The notes: generated by a model from the letters alone, not told the origin. Numbered from the stretch's first letter, positions 20,591 to 31,775 are shown. The stretch: DNA of 64,000 nt from Candidatus Moranbacteria bacterium GW2011_GWE2_35_2- (GCA_000990585.1 LBQD01000004.1:41707-105706); one strand, 5' to 3'. Translations and numbers: made by a program.

Positions 20591-22039
20591 ATGACATCAA
20601 ATAAAATTAGCACAAAAGAAGAAAAAAGTCAACCCCGAAAAATCGCTTCGCTCACTCGGGACGATTCTCGAATGGACAAGATTATTTCGCTTTGTAAGAG
20701 GCGGGGGTTTGTTTTTCCTTCTTCGGAGATTTATGGCGGGTTTGCGGCGGTGTATGATTATGGATCATATGGAGTGGAGCTGGTCAATAACATCAAGGCG
20801 GCTTGGTGGAAGGCGATGGTGCAGGAGAATGAGAATATCGTGGGGCTAGACAGCTCGATTTTTATGCATCCGAAAGTTTGGCAGGCTAGCGGGCATGTGA
20901 GCGGTTTTTCTGATCCCCTCATTGAATGTAAAAAATGCCACGCGCGCCTGCGGGTGGATCACGTTTTGGAAGAAATCGGCGTTTTTGCGGATGAGAAAAT
21001 GAGCGAAGAAGAAATTAACAAATTGCTCAAAGAAAATAAAGATAAAATCGAGTGCGCCAAATGCAAAAGCAAAAATTTCACCGAAGCGAAAAAATTCAAC
21101 CTTTTAGTGCAGTCGAATTTGGGAAATTTTACCGGTGATTGGACAAAAGAGCCGACCTATTTGCGCGGGGAAACTTGTCAGGGAATTTATGTGAATTTCA
21201 AAAACGTTTTGGACAGCTCGCGCGTGAAAGTGCCTTTCGGAATCGCGCAAATCGGAAAAGCATTCCGCAATGAAATCACGGCGCGCCAGTTCATTTTCCG
21301 CAAGCGTGAATTTGAACAAATGGAAATGCAAATGTTCGTGCGTCCGGAAGAAGGAATGGAAGTTTATGAAGATTGGCGAAAAAGACGTTGGCAATATTAT
21401 CTTGATTTGGGAATTAGCGAGAAAAATCTCAAATGGCATCAGCACGAAAATTTAGTTTTCTATGCCAAGGCGGCTTGGGATATTGAATACAATTTTCCGT
21501 TTGGGTTCAAAGAATTGGAAGGAATTCATGCGCGTGGAGATTATGACCTCACTCAGCATAGCAAATTTTCCGGACAGAAGTTGGAATATCAAGATTCGAA
21601 AACCAACGAAAAATATGTTCCTCATATAGTGGAAACTTCCGTGGGAGCGGACCGCACATTCCTTGCGGTTTTGACAGAGAGTTATACCGAAGAAAAATTG
21701 GAAGACGGAAGCGAGCGAGTGGTACTCAAATTTCCCAAAAAATTGGCACCGATCAAGGCGGCGATTTTTCCATTGCTCAAAAACAAGCCGGAGCTTGTCC
21801 AAAAGGCGCGCGAGGTATATGATGTTTTGAAGGGAGAATTTATGTGCGAGTTCGATGACAATGGAAATATTGGAAAAAGATATCGCCGACAAGACGAAAT
21901 TGGAACGCCATATTGCATCACAATCGATTTTGACAGTCTGGAAAACGCAGACGTAACTGTCCGCGACCGAGATACAATGAAACAGGAAAGAATTAAAATC
22001 GCAGAACTAAAAGATTATTTAAAGGAAAAATTAAGCTAA
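20591..22039 (+). CDS. glyQS: Glycine--tRNA ligase, alpha2 homodimeric type
   Basis: LCKRRGFVF.SSEIYGG, LRGETCQG, FRNEI, REFEQME and IGKRYRRQDEIG motifs; alternative start at 20672. Confidence 0.96.
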   Translation: MTSNKISTKEEKSQPRKIASLTRDDSRMDKIISLCKRRGFVFPSSEIYGGFAAVYDYGSYGVELVNNIKAAWWKAMVQENENIVGLDSSIFMHPKVWQASGHVSGFSDPLIECKKCHARLRVDHVLEEIGVFADEKMSEEEINKLLKENKDKIECAKCKSKNFTEAKKFNLLVQSNLGNFTGDWTKEPTYLRGETCQGIYVNFKNVLDSSRVKVPFGIAQIGKAFRNEITARQFIFRKREFEQMEMQMFVRPEEGMEVYEDWRKRRWQYYLDLGISEKNLKWHQHENLVFYAKAAWDIEYNFPFGFKELEGIHARGDYDLTQHSKFSGQKLEYQDSKTNEKYVPHIVETSVGADRTFLAVLTESYTEEKLEDGSERVVLKFPKKLAPIKAAIFPLLKNKPELVQKAREVYDVLKGEFMCEFDDNGNIGKRYRRQDEIGTPYCITIDFDSLENADVTVRDRDTMKQERIKIAELKDYLKEKLS

Positions 22040-22088
22040 TAAAATTTTCTTAGATTCCGGATATTTTTATTGGAATAAAAATTCCGGA

Positions 22089-23048
22089 ATGACAAATGAT
22101 ATTATGACATTGCAACAAATTTACAAACTGGCAGTAGATCTTGGAATTAAAAATGATTTGCGACCAAAAAGTGAAATTGATAAAAAAATGGCGCGCATCA
22201 AAAAGCAATATGAAAAACTTTCCAAAGAAGAGAAAGAATTTTTTGATAAAGAAAGATTGTCTAATCCATATATGGACAGTCGGATTCATTTTGATAGTGG
22301 AAAAAATATCAAAAGAGTTATGGCGGGAATTGATATAGATACAGGTGAGCTTATGATGGCGAAACAATTAGGAGTTGATGCAGTTATTGCTCATCACCCG
22401 ATTGGAAAAGGATTAGCGGCACTAGATGATGTGATGCATCTTCAGTCGGATGTTTTATCGCAATATGGCGTGCCGATTAATGTGGCGGAAGGCTTGATGC
22501 ATCTTAGAATTAGTGAAGTGGCAAGAGGGATAAATCCAATAAATCACTTTAAAGTTCCAATGGCATCTGATCTTTTGAAAATGAGTTTAATAAATGTTCA
22601 TACTCCGGCGGATAATATGGTGGCGACATTTTTGAAGAAACTTATCGATAAAGAAAAGCCGGAATATATGGAAGATATTTTGGAACTCTTGGAAAAAGTT
22701 CCCGAGTATAACGAAGCGAAAAAGCAGGGAATTGGTCCGACTTTATTTTCCGGAAAAAAACACAATCGGACTGGAAAAATTGCAGTTACGGAAATTACCG
22801 GAGGAACAGAAGGGAGCGAAAAGATATATGAGAAAATGGCAAATGCCGGAGTAGGAACGATTATTGCGATGCATCAAAGCGACAAGCATCGCGAAGCGGC
22901 GGAAAAAGCGCATATCAATGTGGTGATTGCCGGTCATATTTCTTCCGATTCGATTGGTATGAATTTATTCTTGGATGAATTGGAAAAGAAAGGAATTGAA
23001 ATCATTCCATGCTCAGGCTTGATTCGTTATTCAAGAGTTAAAAAATAA
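22089..23048 (+). CDS. NIF3 (NGG1p-interacting factor 3)-like dinuclear metal protein
   Basis: GIDID, IAHHP, HTPADN and GHISSD motifs. Confidence 0.8.
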   Translation: MTNDIMTLQQIYKLAVDLGIKNDLRPKSEIDKKMARIKKQYEKLSKEEKEFFDKERLSNPYMDSRIHFDSGKNIKRVMAGIDIDTGELMMAKQLGVDAVIAHHPIGKGLAALDDVMHLQSDVLSQYGVPINVAEGLMHLRISEVARGINPINHFKVPMASDLLKMSLINVHTPADNMVATFLKKLIDKEKPEYMEDILELLEKVPEYNEAKKQGIGPTLFSGKKHNRTGKIAVTEITGGTEGSEKIYEKMANAGVGTIIAMHQSDKHREAAEKAHINVVIAGHISSDSIGMNLFLDELEKKGIEIIPCSGLIRYSRVKK

Positions 23049-23052
23049 TTAT

Positions 23053-24321
23053 ATGCAATATAAAAAAACGAAATTGAAAAACGGGCTGAGGATTGTGACG
23101 GCGCCGATGGAAAATACTGAGACGGCGACGGTGGTGGTGATGGTTGGGGTTGGCAGTCGCTATGAAAGCGAAAAAGAAGCGGGACTTTCCCATTTTATCG
23201 AGCATATGTTTTTCAAAGGCACCGAAAAGCGTCCGACAGCTCTTGATATTTCCGAGGAATTGGATGCGATCGGCGGGGAATTCAACGCCTTTACCGGAAA
23301 AGATATGACCGGGTATTATGCCAAAGCGAGCGCGGAAAATTTCGATGTCGCTTTGGATGTGGTGGCGGATATGTATCTCAATTCCAAAATTGAAGAAGAG
23401 GAAATCCAGCGGGAAAAAGGAACCATTATCCAAGAGCTCAATATGTACGAAGACAATCCTCAACGCAATGTTGGAGATGTTTTTGAAAAAATTTTGTATG
23501 ACAGAAATAACCTTGGCAGGGAAATTGTCGGGTATAAGAAAACTATCAACTCTTTCAAAAGAAAAGATTTTATTGACTATATGAAACGTTTTTATGTCGC
23601 CAATGATACGGTGGTTTGCGTGGCGGGAAAAATCGATGAGAAAAAGGTAATCGATCAAATAAAAAAATATTTTTCCAAAATGCCCAAAGGAAAAAAACCG
23701 GCGATTGAAAAAGTGAAGGAAAGCCAAACAAAGCCGCAAGTGAAAATAAAATTCAAAAAAACCGACCAGACGCATTTTATTTTAGGAAACCGCGCTTTCA
23801 AACGAAACCACAAAGATCGTTTCGCGCTGGGACTCTTGGCGACAATTCTTGGGGGCAATATGTCCAGCCGGCTTTTTATCGAAGTGCGCGAACGTCGGGG
23901 TCTGGCCTATTATGTTCGCACGGCTACGGAAAGTTTTGACGATTGCGGATATATTGAAACGCAATCCGGAGTTGAGCACAAGAATTTGGAAAAAGCGATT
24001 GAAGTTATTTTGATTGAGTATAGGAAAATGACTGTTGAAAAAGTGAGTGAAAAAGAACTTAAAAAAGCCAAAGATTATCTCAAAGGGAAAGGGGTGATGG
24101 GATTTGAAGCATCTGATGAGGTGGCAATGTTTTTTGTTGATCAAGAAGTGAAAAAGGAAAAAATAATGACATTGGAGGAAGTTTTTGCTAAAATTGATGC
24201 AGTAACGGCGGAGGACATTCAAAGGGTTGCTAAGAAAATTTTCACAAAAAACGGATTGAATTTGGCAATAATCGGTCCGCACAAAAACGGAAAGAAGTTG
24301 GAAAAATTATTGAAAACATAA
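23053..24321 (+). CDS. M16 family zinc peptidase
   Basis: HFIEH inverted zinc motif, NAFT, SSRLF..VRE.RGL.Y. Confidence 0.93.
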   Translation: MQYKKTKLKNGLRIVTAPMENTETATVVVMVGVGSRYESEKEAGLSHFIEHMFFKGTEKRPTALDISEELDAIGGEFNAFTGKDMTGYYAKASAENFDVALDVVADMYLNSKIEEEEIQREKGTIIQELNMYEDNPQRNVGDVFEKILYDRNNLGREIVGYKKTINSFKRKDFIDYMKRFYVANDTVVCVAGKIDEKKVIDQIKKYFSKMPKGKKPAIEKVKESQTKPQVKIKFKKTDQTHFILGNRAFKRNHKDRFALGLLATILGGNMSSRLFIEVRERRGLAYYVRTATESFDDCGYIETQSGVEHKNLEKAIEVILIEYRKMTVEKVSEKELKKAKDYLKGKGVMGFEASDEVAMFFVDQEVKKEKIMTLEEVFAKIDAVTAEDIQRVAKKIFTKNGLNLAIIGPHKNGKKLEKLLKT

Positions 24322-24333
24322 GATGTATTATCT

Positions 24334-24792
24334 TCAGGTAAACAACAAAAAAATGGCAACTAGTGAGAAGATAATATCATTCAGTGAATTTCTAAAAGTC
24401 CATGCTCTTTCGGGAGAAAAAGGGGGGTGTTTGTGAACCCATGCGTGAAAATTGAAAATTTTTTCCAGAATTTTAAAATTCAACTTCCAGTAGAATACGG
24501 TGAGTAAATCGGGAAGCATTGAAAAAAACGATCCGAGCAAAATAATAGATGTTTCGCGTAAGTTGAAATTTTTGGAAAAAATGGCGACGCCGATTATAGT
24601 CAGTCCAATAAAAAGATCCAAGACGACTTTCCACCACGTGTTTTTGAAAAAAGATTTGCGGTCGAGATATTCTCCGTGGCGGAATGAATCCATAATATAG
24701 TGGAACGCTAAAGAAAGAAGAATAATCAGCCAGGGATTGTCAAAATTTTTGCCGATTGCCGCTCCGGCAAGAGCGTGAGTAGTTAGTATCAT
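24334..24792 (-). CDS. Membrane protein, putative metal-dependent hydrolase
   Basis: HALAG, HYIMD..H and LPD motifs with TM helices. Confidence 0.65.
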   Translation of the reverse strand: MILTTHALAGAAIGKNFDNPWLIILLSLAFHYIMDSFRHGEYLDRKSFFKNTWWKVVLDLFIGLTIIGVAIFSKNFNLRETSIILLGSFFSMLPDLLTVFYWKLNFKILEKIFNFHAWVHKHPPFSPERAWTFRNSLNDIIFSLVAIFLLFT

Positions 24793-24956
24793 ATTTTAAA
24801 AAAAATTGTAAGATTTAAGTATTTGAAAAACATTCGTCCGGTTTTCCGAAAAAACATTTTTTTTCCGGCTCTTTCGAGGGACACGGGCAGCTACGAAAAA
24901 ACATTTTTTCGGAAAACCTAGTGCTTTTTGTTTAAATGCGTAAATTTTAAATTAGT

Positions 24957-25637
24957 ATGAGTAAATTGTATATCGTTGCTACACCAATAGGTAATCTTGA
25001 AGATATTACTTTGCGTGCCATTCGGATTATGAAGGAGGCGGATTTTGTGGCGTGCGAGGATACGCGGGTGACGCGAAAATTAACAGCGCACTATGAAATT
25101 GAAACTCCGCTTATATCCTACCACCAGCACAGCAAATTGCAAAAAATTGATTTCATTATTTCCAAATTAAAAGAAGGAAAAAATATCGCCCTGGTGACGG
25201 ATGCCGGGACTCCGGGAATTTCTGATCCGGGAAATATTTTAGTGGCGGAGGCGGTGAAAAATGGAATTGATATTATTACAATTCCTGGCGCTTCGGCATT
25301 GGCGGCACTTGCTAGTGTGGCGGGAATTGATATGCAGAAGTTTATTTTTTTGGGTTTTCCTCCGCACAAAAAAGGGAGAAAGACTTTCATTGCGGATATT
25401 TTTGAAATTGATTTTCCTGTCATTATTTATGAGTCTAAATATAGATTAATGAAATTATTGAAAGAATTTAGCGAATATAGCGGAGAAAAGCGGATACAAA
25501 TGATAATTGGAAGGGAATTAACTAAGATGTTTGAAGAGATAATCAGAGGGGATGTTGATAATATAACGAAATATTTTGAAGATAATAAGGAAAAGCTAAA
25601 AGGAGAGTTTGTTATTATTATTCATAAGGAAAAATGA
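24957..25637 (+). CDS. rsmI: 16S rRNA C1402 2'-O-methyltransferase
   Basis: LYIVATPIGNLEDIT, CEDTR, DAGTPGISDPG, RELTK.FEE and KGEF motifs. Confidence 0.95.
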   Translation: MSKLYIVATPIGNLEDITLRAIRIMKEADFVACEDTRVTRKLTAHYEIETPLISYHQHSKLQKIDFIISKLKEGKNIALVTDAGTPGISDPGNILVAEAVKNGIDIITIPGASALAALASVAGIDMQKFIFLGFPPHKKGRKTFIADIFEIDFPVIIYESKYRLMKLLKEFSEYSGEKRIQMIIGRELTKMFEEIIRGDVDNITKYFEDNKEKLKGEFVIIIHKEK

Positions 25638-26053
25638 CAATATATACAAAAAAGGGAGAACAGATATTGTATGAAAAAGAATCCTATGTTTTAAGGGGAT
25701 TGTTTATGAAAATTTATAATGAAATTGGTCCTGGAATCAAAGAATCTGTTTATGTAAAGGCATTGATTCAGGAATTTAAAGAGAATAATATATTATTTGA
25801 AAATGAAAAGAATATTAAAATTATCAGGAAAGGAGAAGTTATTGGGAAATTCAGAGTTGATTTTCTGGTGTATAATAAAATAATTATAGAAATCAAAGCC
25901 TTGGAATTTCTTCCTGCTGTTTCACAGAGGCAATTGCAGACTTATCTATCGGGATCTGTTTATCGATTGGGATTTTTGGTTAATTTTGGTGGAAATAAAT
26001 TAGAAATAATAAGAAAAATAAACGATAAGGCAAAAAGATTAGCGTTATTATAA
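25634..26053 (+). CDS. GxxExxY protein (PD-(D/E)xK-like)
   Basis: GPGIKESVY, D....KIIIEIK, Q...YL and G..VNFG motifs. Confidence 0.88.
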   Translation: MTIYTKKGEQILYEKESYVLRGLFMKIYNEIGPGIKESVYVKALIQEFKENNILFENEKNIKIIRKGEVIGKFRVDFLVYNKIIIEIKALEFLPAVSQRQLQTYLSGSVYRLGFLVNFGGNKLEIIRKINDKAKRLALL

Positions 26054-26092
26054 TTGGCAATATCCGCTTCTATCTGCTTTATCCGCAAATAA

Positions 26093-27544
26093 ATGAAAGA
26101 CAAATTTTATATCACAACCCCGATTTATTATGCCAATGCCAAGGCGCATATCGGTCATGCATACACGACGATTGCGGCGGATGCGCTGGCGCGGTTCCAT
26201 AAACTTCAAAACGAAGATGTTTTTTTTCTAACTGGAATGGATGAGCATGGAGCCAAAATTCAGAAGGCAGCTGAAAAGGCAGGAAAAAGTCCGCAAGAAT
26301 TTGTGAATAATATTTCCGAAGGATTTGAAAATTTATGGAAAAACTTGAATATTAAATATGATGGTTTCATACGAACGACGGACAATAATCACAAAGAAGC
26401 AGTGCGGAAAGTTTTGCAAAAATTGTATGACGATGGCGCAATTTATAAAGGAGAATATGAAGGATTATATTGCACTGGCTGTGAACAATTTAAAAGTGAA
26501 AATGAATTGGTTGATGGAAAATGCCCGGATCATAATATTGCGCCTGAGATGATGAAAGAAGAATGTTATCTTCTGAAAATGACCGAACTTCAAAAAGAAC
26601 TGATTGAAAAAATCAAATCAGATGAATTTCAGATTGCGCCGGAAAGATACAAAAAAGAGATTCTTTCTTTTTTGGAAGGACAAAAATTAGAAGACGTTTC
26701 TATTTCTCGCAGGAATATTTTATGGGGAATTACATTGCCTTTTGATGAAGATCATACTACTTATGTTTGGGTAGACGCTTTCCTTAATTATTTGACCGGC
26801 TTGGGATGGAATGGGGATTTGAATGATATTCCAAAACAATGGCCGGCGGATGTCCAATTGATTGGAAAAGATATTTTGCGGGTTCACGCGACCATTTGGC
26901 CGATTATGCTTTTGCATTTGGGGTTGCCGCTTCCAAAAAAACTTTTTGTGCATGGGCACATTTTGTCCGGCGGAAAAAAGATGAGCAAGACATTGGGGAA
27001 TGTGATCGGAATCGATGAAATGATTGAAAAATTCGGAGTAGATGGAACGCGTTATCTTTTATTAGATGCTGGAACTTTTGGAGAAGATGTGGATGTGACA
27101 ATGGAGCGGATGGTGGAGAAATATAACAATGACCTGGCAAATGGATTGGGAAATTTGGTTTCAAGGGTTGTGAAACTCGTTCAAAATTTTCAATTTTCAA
27201 TTTCTCCGCCCAAGGCGGACCAGCCTTGGGCTGGCAATTTTCAAACAATTTCCAATGATCAAACTTTAAACACATTAAATAATATAGAAATTGAAAAAGC
27301 ACTTGAGTATATTTGGAAAATTGTGAGAGATGCAAATAAATATATTGAAGATACAAAGCCTTGGGAGTCGGCGAAAGATGAAAGCAGGAAAGAGGAGTTC
27401 GAAAAAGTTATGCAGAAATTAGTGGATGATTTGGGTTTAATTGCTGAATTGTTGATACCTTTTATGCCTCAAACTTCGGAGAAGATCAAAAAAGCGCTGG
27501 AAACAAAAAAGTTGGATGAAGTTTTATTTCAAAGAATAAAATGA
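26093..27544 (+). CDS. metG: Methionine--tRNA ligase
   Basis: YITTPIYY, HIGH, GKDILRVH and KMSKT motifs. Confidence 0.96.
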   Translation: MKDKFYITTPIYYANAKAHIGHAYTTIAADALARFHKLQNEDVFFLTGMDEHGAKIQKAAEKAGKSPQEFVNNISEGFENLWKNLNIKYDGFIRTTDNNHKEAVRKVLQKLYDDGAIYKGEYEGLYCTGCEQFKSENELVDGKCPDHNIAPEMMKEECYLLKMTELQKELIEKIKSDEFQIAPERYKKEILSFLEGQKLEDVSISRRNILWGITLPFDEDHTTYVWVDAFLNYLTGLGWNGDLNDIPKQWPADVQLIGKDILRVHATIWPIMLLHLGLPLPKKLFVHGHILSGGKKMSKTLGNVIGIDEMIEKFGVDGTRYLLLDAGTFGEDVDVTMERMVEKYNNDLANGLGNLVSRVVKLVQNFQFSISPPKADQPWAGNFQTISNDQTLNTLNNIEIEKALEYIWKIVRDANKYIEDTKPWESAKDESRKEEFEKVMQKLVDDLGLIAELLIPFMPQTSEKIKKALETKKLDEVLFQRIK

Positions 27545-28395
27545 TAGATACTCACGCGCATCTTGATGATAGGCAGTTTGACAAAGACCGGGAAGAAGTG
27601 ATCTCGCGGTCTTTTGAAAATGGGGTGGAAAAAATAATCAATGTTGGGGCGGATATTAAAGGCAGTCGAGATTCTATTGTATTGGCGAAAAAGTATGAAA
27701 ATATTTTTGCGGCGGTCGGATTGCATCCACACTGTTTTGGTGAAGATAAGGAGGTTGGGGATGTTGGGGGGATTGGGGAATTGGCAAAAAATGAGAAGGT
27801 GGTGGCGATTGGGGAGATTGGTCTTGATTATTTTTCTCACAATAGAAAAGTAATAACAGGGGAACAGAAGGAAAATCAAAAAAAAGGTTTTGTGGCACAA
27901 TTGGAATTGGCGCAGGAATTGGATTTGCCGGTGATTATTCATTGCCGCTCTTCAAAAGAAAATCCAACTGATGCTTATGATGATATTTATGAAATTCTTT
28001 TTCTTTCGAACCCTCACCTCAACCCTCTCCCAAAGGGAGAGGGGGACTTCCGGATGGTTTTTCATTGTTATGGCGGAAACTTGGATTTTACTAAAAAGTT
28101 ATTGCGGCATAAAAATATTTTTTTCTCTTTTACTCCGAATATAACCTACAAAATTAAAAAAAATATTGTCGGGACGAAGGATGATATTATGGAAAGTATT
28201 AAAATTATCCCTTTGAAAAAAATTATGCTGGAAACCGATTGTCCGTATTTGGCGCCGCAAGAATTTCGCGGAAAAAGAAGTGAACCGATGTACGCAAAAT
28301 ATGCAGCGAAAAGAATTGCTTTCATTAAAAATATTAATATAGATAAAGTGGAAAAAATTACCGCTGAAAATGCGGATAATTTTTTTCGCTTTTGA
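27541..28395 (+). CDS. tatD: TatD family nuclease
   Basis: DTHAH, GLHP, GEIGLD, IHCR, HC and ETDCP motifs. Confidence 0.93.
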   Translation: MIDTHAHLDDRQFDKDREEVISRSFENGVEKIINVGADIKGSRDSIVLAKKYENIFAAVGLHPHCFGEDKEVGDVGGIGELAKNEKVVAIGEIGLDYFSHNRKVITGEQKENQKKGFVAQLELAQELDLPVIIHCRSSKENPTDAYDDIYEILFLSNPHLNPLPKGEGDFRMVFHCYGGNLDFTKKLLRHKNIFFSFTPNITYKIKKNIVGTKDDIMESIKIIPLKKIMLETDCPYLAPQEFRGKRSEPMYAKYAAKRIAFIKNINIDKVEKITAENADNFFRF

Positions 28396-28593
28396 AATTT
28401 TTTTCGAACTTGCAATTTTTATTCAAAGAGGTATACTGGGAGAGGTTTTTTTATTAAAGATCATTTTTAAATGAGGATTGAGCAAAAAATGCCATTAGGT
28501 GTTTTTTTGTTTTGTTTTTTTGGTCGAATTTTAACAATAAGTCACATTTGTCGGATATGTTCTCGACAAAGTTATGTCTTTCAAAAAAAATTT

Positions 28594-30357
28594 ATGAAAA
28601 AAAGAATTATAAAGTATTTAATTTCAGCCTTCTTATTGTTTGCTGTGTTTGCTTTTTCTTCGCATTACGGTCAACTTGATTCTTTTTTTCATAAAAGCGA
28701 CGAATATAAAATAGTTTCAGCTTATTTTGTCATCGCATTTCTTTTTGTGCTTAGTTTTATTGTTTTTTATGTTTCTCATGTAATCAAGCTTCCTTCTTTT
28801 GTTTTTGCAATATTTTTCGGTATTGCAGCTCATCCTATTTTAACTGTAATAACTCATGAAAAAGAAATATTAGGAATAATCGTGGGATTGGGAGCAACAC
28901 TCATTCTTTTCGGTGGCGGACTGGAAACTCCGTTTGAAAACTTCAAAAAAATTATTTGGAAAATATTCTCTCTTTCTTTTGTGGGACTTTTTTTGACGGC
29001 GATCTTGTTTTCTTTTTCCGTATATACGTTCTCTTTTTTATTTAATTTGCCGCTTTCTATAATGACTTCTGTTTTATTGGGGGCTATTTTAGCTTCAACT
29101 GATCCGGCGGCTATTATTCCTGTTTTGAAAAATTTAAGGTTTAAAAATAGAAATACAAAAGATATTGTTATTTCTGAAAGCGCAGTCACTGATGTTACTG
29201 GGACGTTATTAACTATTGTATTTTTATCTTTGATTGTTTCAAATGCTAACTTTTTAAAAATATCCGATTGGTATCTGGCTGTTTTTTCCCAACAAAGTGG
29301 CGTTGTGCTTTTTAAGCAACTTTTCTATGGAATATTTTTCGGAATTGTAGGCTATTTATTCTTGGAGTTTTTTATGAAAGTTAAAAAGAGATTTGAGCAA
29401 GAAAACGAAGCAGATTCAGCCTTTTTTCTTTTTGTTCCGATCGGCATATTCGCACTGGCTGTTTCTTTTGGCGGAAGTGGATATCTGGCGGCTTTTATTT
29501 GCGGACTTCTTTTTAATCTTACGGAGCATTTATATGAAACTGAAAGATTTTTTAATAATATTATTGATGGATTTCTTAAACCGACTATTTTTATATTATT
29601 AGGATCATTGATTAATGTCGATTCTCTCTTGGAATATGCTCCACTGGGAATTTTTTCCGCACTTGTTTTTATGTTTATTATCAGACCATTGACAGTATTT
29701 ATCTCTCTTGCGCCTTTCCGTTTTTTTGAAAAAAATAAATTGAGTTGGAGGGAATTGTTGTTTATTTCTTCGGTTCGTGAAACCGGAGCTATTCCGGCAG
29801 TTCTTATGATGACTGTCGCAAGTCTTGGTCTTTCGGAAATTTCCGGTTTGGTTGAGGTTGGAATGTGGGTTATTTTAATGACACTTATCATAGAGCCACT
29901 TTTAACTCCACATATCGCTAAATTTTTAAAAGTTGCTAAGCCGATTATCGATAATAAGAAAATAAATCTAAACGGATCACCGACAGCGGTTTTGGTTTCG
30001 AGAGGCAAATCATTTATCGAAAGACTTCCTTTTGCAACTGAATGGATGTCGATGCACGGAATAAAAAAATTATATATCTTACTTTGCTTGGAAAATAAAT
30101 ACTCGACTGCTCTTTCTGCTGAAATAGAAAATTTGGCAAAAAATGAATTTCAAAAAATGAACGTTGTTCAAATGGAAAAAGATCTTCCGGAAATCGAATT
30201 CTCCTTTATTAGTCGTAAAGGATTTTTGCATTCAAATATAGAGCGAATATCGAAAGAAAATAAAAATGTTTCAGTTATTTTTGTTGGTAAAAAAATGTTG
30301 GATTATCGTCTTAATGAAATAAGGAATCTCGCCATTCCTTTTTATTTTTTGGATTGA
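28594..30357 (+). CDS. CPA1 (NhaP-like) cation:proton antiporter
   Basis: ILF.GGL, ASTDPAA, ESAVTD, SGYLA and IRP motifs; many TM helices. Confidence 0.85.
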   Translation: MKKRIIKYLISAFLLFAVFAFSSHYGQLDSFFHKSDEYKIVSAYFVIAFLFVLSFIVFYVSHVIKLPSFVFAIFFGIAAHPILTVITHEKEILGIIVGLGATLILFGGGLETPFENFKKIIWKIFSLSFVGLFLTAILFSFSVYTFSFLFNLPLSIMTSVLLGAILASTDPAAIIPVLKNLRFKNRNTKDIVISESAVTDVTGTLLTIVFLSLIVSNANFLKISDWYLAVFSQQSGVVLFKQLFYGIFFGIVGYLFLEFFMKVKKRFEQENEADSAFFLFVPIGIFALAVSFGGSGYLAAFICGLLFNLTEHLYETERFFNNIIDGFLKPTIFILLGSLINVDSLLEYAPLGIFSALVFMFIIRPLTVFISLAPFRFFEKNKLSWRELLFISSVRETGAIPAVLMMTVASLGLSEISGLVEVGMWVILMTLIIEPLLTPHIAKFLKVAKPIIDNKKINLNGSPTAVLVSRGKSFIERLPFATEWMSMHGIKKLYILLCLENKYSTALSAEIENLAKNEFQKMNVVQMEKDLPEIEFSFISRKGFLHSNIERISKENKNVSVIFVGKKMLDYRLNEIRNLAIPFYFLD

Positions 30358-30457
30358 AGTTTGGCGATGTTGTTTTTCATATAAGTTTAATGAAGTTGAC
30401 TTTTTTGTCGAATGCTAATATAATAGGCTATGTTTGTAAGGAATTAAAAGAAAAGAA

Positions 30458-30691
30458 TTGAAAATAGAGGACGATAGAAAATCAAAGAGGCAAAGTATTG
30501 TTTTTTCTTTGGCATTTGAATTGGGCTTCATGATTGCGGTTCCGATTGTCATCTTTTCTTTGTTAGGTGGATTTTTGGATAAAAAAATGGAAACCTCGCC
30601 TATTTTTATTTTAATCGGCGTATTTATTTCTATTTTTGTTTCCGGCTATTCAATTTATCAAAAAATAAAATCCATCACAGATAATCAATAA
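30458..30691 (+). CDS. atpI: ATP synthase protein I (AtpZ/AtpI family)
   Basis: Two TM helices with G..LD; first gene of the atp operon; TTG start. Confidence 0.8.
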   Translation: MKIEDDRKSKRQSIVFSLAFELGFMIAVPIVIFSLLGGFLDKKMETSPIFILIGVFISIFVSGYSIYQKIKSITDNQ

Positions 30692-30706
30692 ATTTCTAAT
30701 TTGAAT

Positions 30707-31465
30707 ATGGAAATTTCATTAGCTCCGGAATTACTATTCGATATTTTCGGTTTTCCGGTAACCAATTCTTTTTTCACAACCGTACTTGTTGTTTTTTGTA
30801 TCATCATTGCTTCTTTTGTGCTAAGTCGAAAGATATCTCAAAAACCGAAAGGATTTCAGAATTTAGTAGAATTTGTTCTAGAATCAATTTTGAATTTGGC
30901 GGATAATGTTACTGGAAGCAGAAAGAAAAGCAAAAAATTTTTTCCTCTTGTGGCAACTATATTCATTTTGGTTATTATTTCAAATTGGGCAGGGCTTATT
31001 CCTGCTCTTATTCCCGGAGGAACATTGGGAATAAATGAGATTCATCATGGAGAAAAGGTTCTTATTCCTTTCATAAGAAGTGGTAGTGCCGATTTGAATA
31101 TGACATTATCGATTGCTTTGATCTCTGTTATTGCCGCTCAAATAATGGGGGTGGCAATGATAGGCGGAAAGCATTATGCGGGTAAATTTTTCGTGAGTCC
31201 TTTGAAAAAGCCTTATTTTATCGGAACATTCGTAGGTATATTGGAAATTATTTCTGAATTTGCGAAGATAATTTCATTTTCTTTTCGTTTATTCGGAAAT
31301 GTTTTTGCAGGAGAGGTTCTACTCACGGTAATGTTGATGCTGGTTCCATATTTCGCACCATTGCCGTTTTTATTTTTGGAAATATTTGTCGGTTTTGTTC
31401 AGGCATTGGTTTTTTCTATGCTCACATTGGTTTTTTTGAAAATGGCAACAGAAACAGCGCATTAA
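30707..31465 (+). CDS. atpB: ATP synthase Fo subunit a
   Basis: SFRLFGNVFAGE and VQALVF motifs. Confidence 0.95.
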   Translation: MEISLAPELLFDIFGFPVTNSFFTTVLVVFCIIIASFVLSRKISQKPKGFQNLVEFVLESILNLADNVTGSRKKSKKFFPLVATIFILVIISNWAGLIPALIPGGTLGINEIHHGEKVLIPFIRSGSADLNMTLSIALISVIAAQIMGVAMIGGKHYAGKFFVSPLKKPYFIGTFVGILEIISEFAKIISFSFRLFGNVFAGEVLLTVMLMLVPYFAPLPFLFLEIFVGFVQALVFSMLTLVFLKMATETAH

Positions 31466-31499
31466 AAGATGTAATTTATAATTAATTAATTAATTTTAA

Positions 31500-31775
<276 letters not shown>

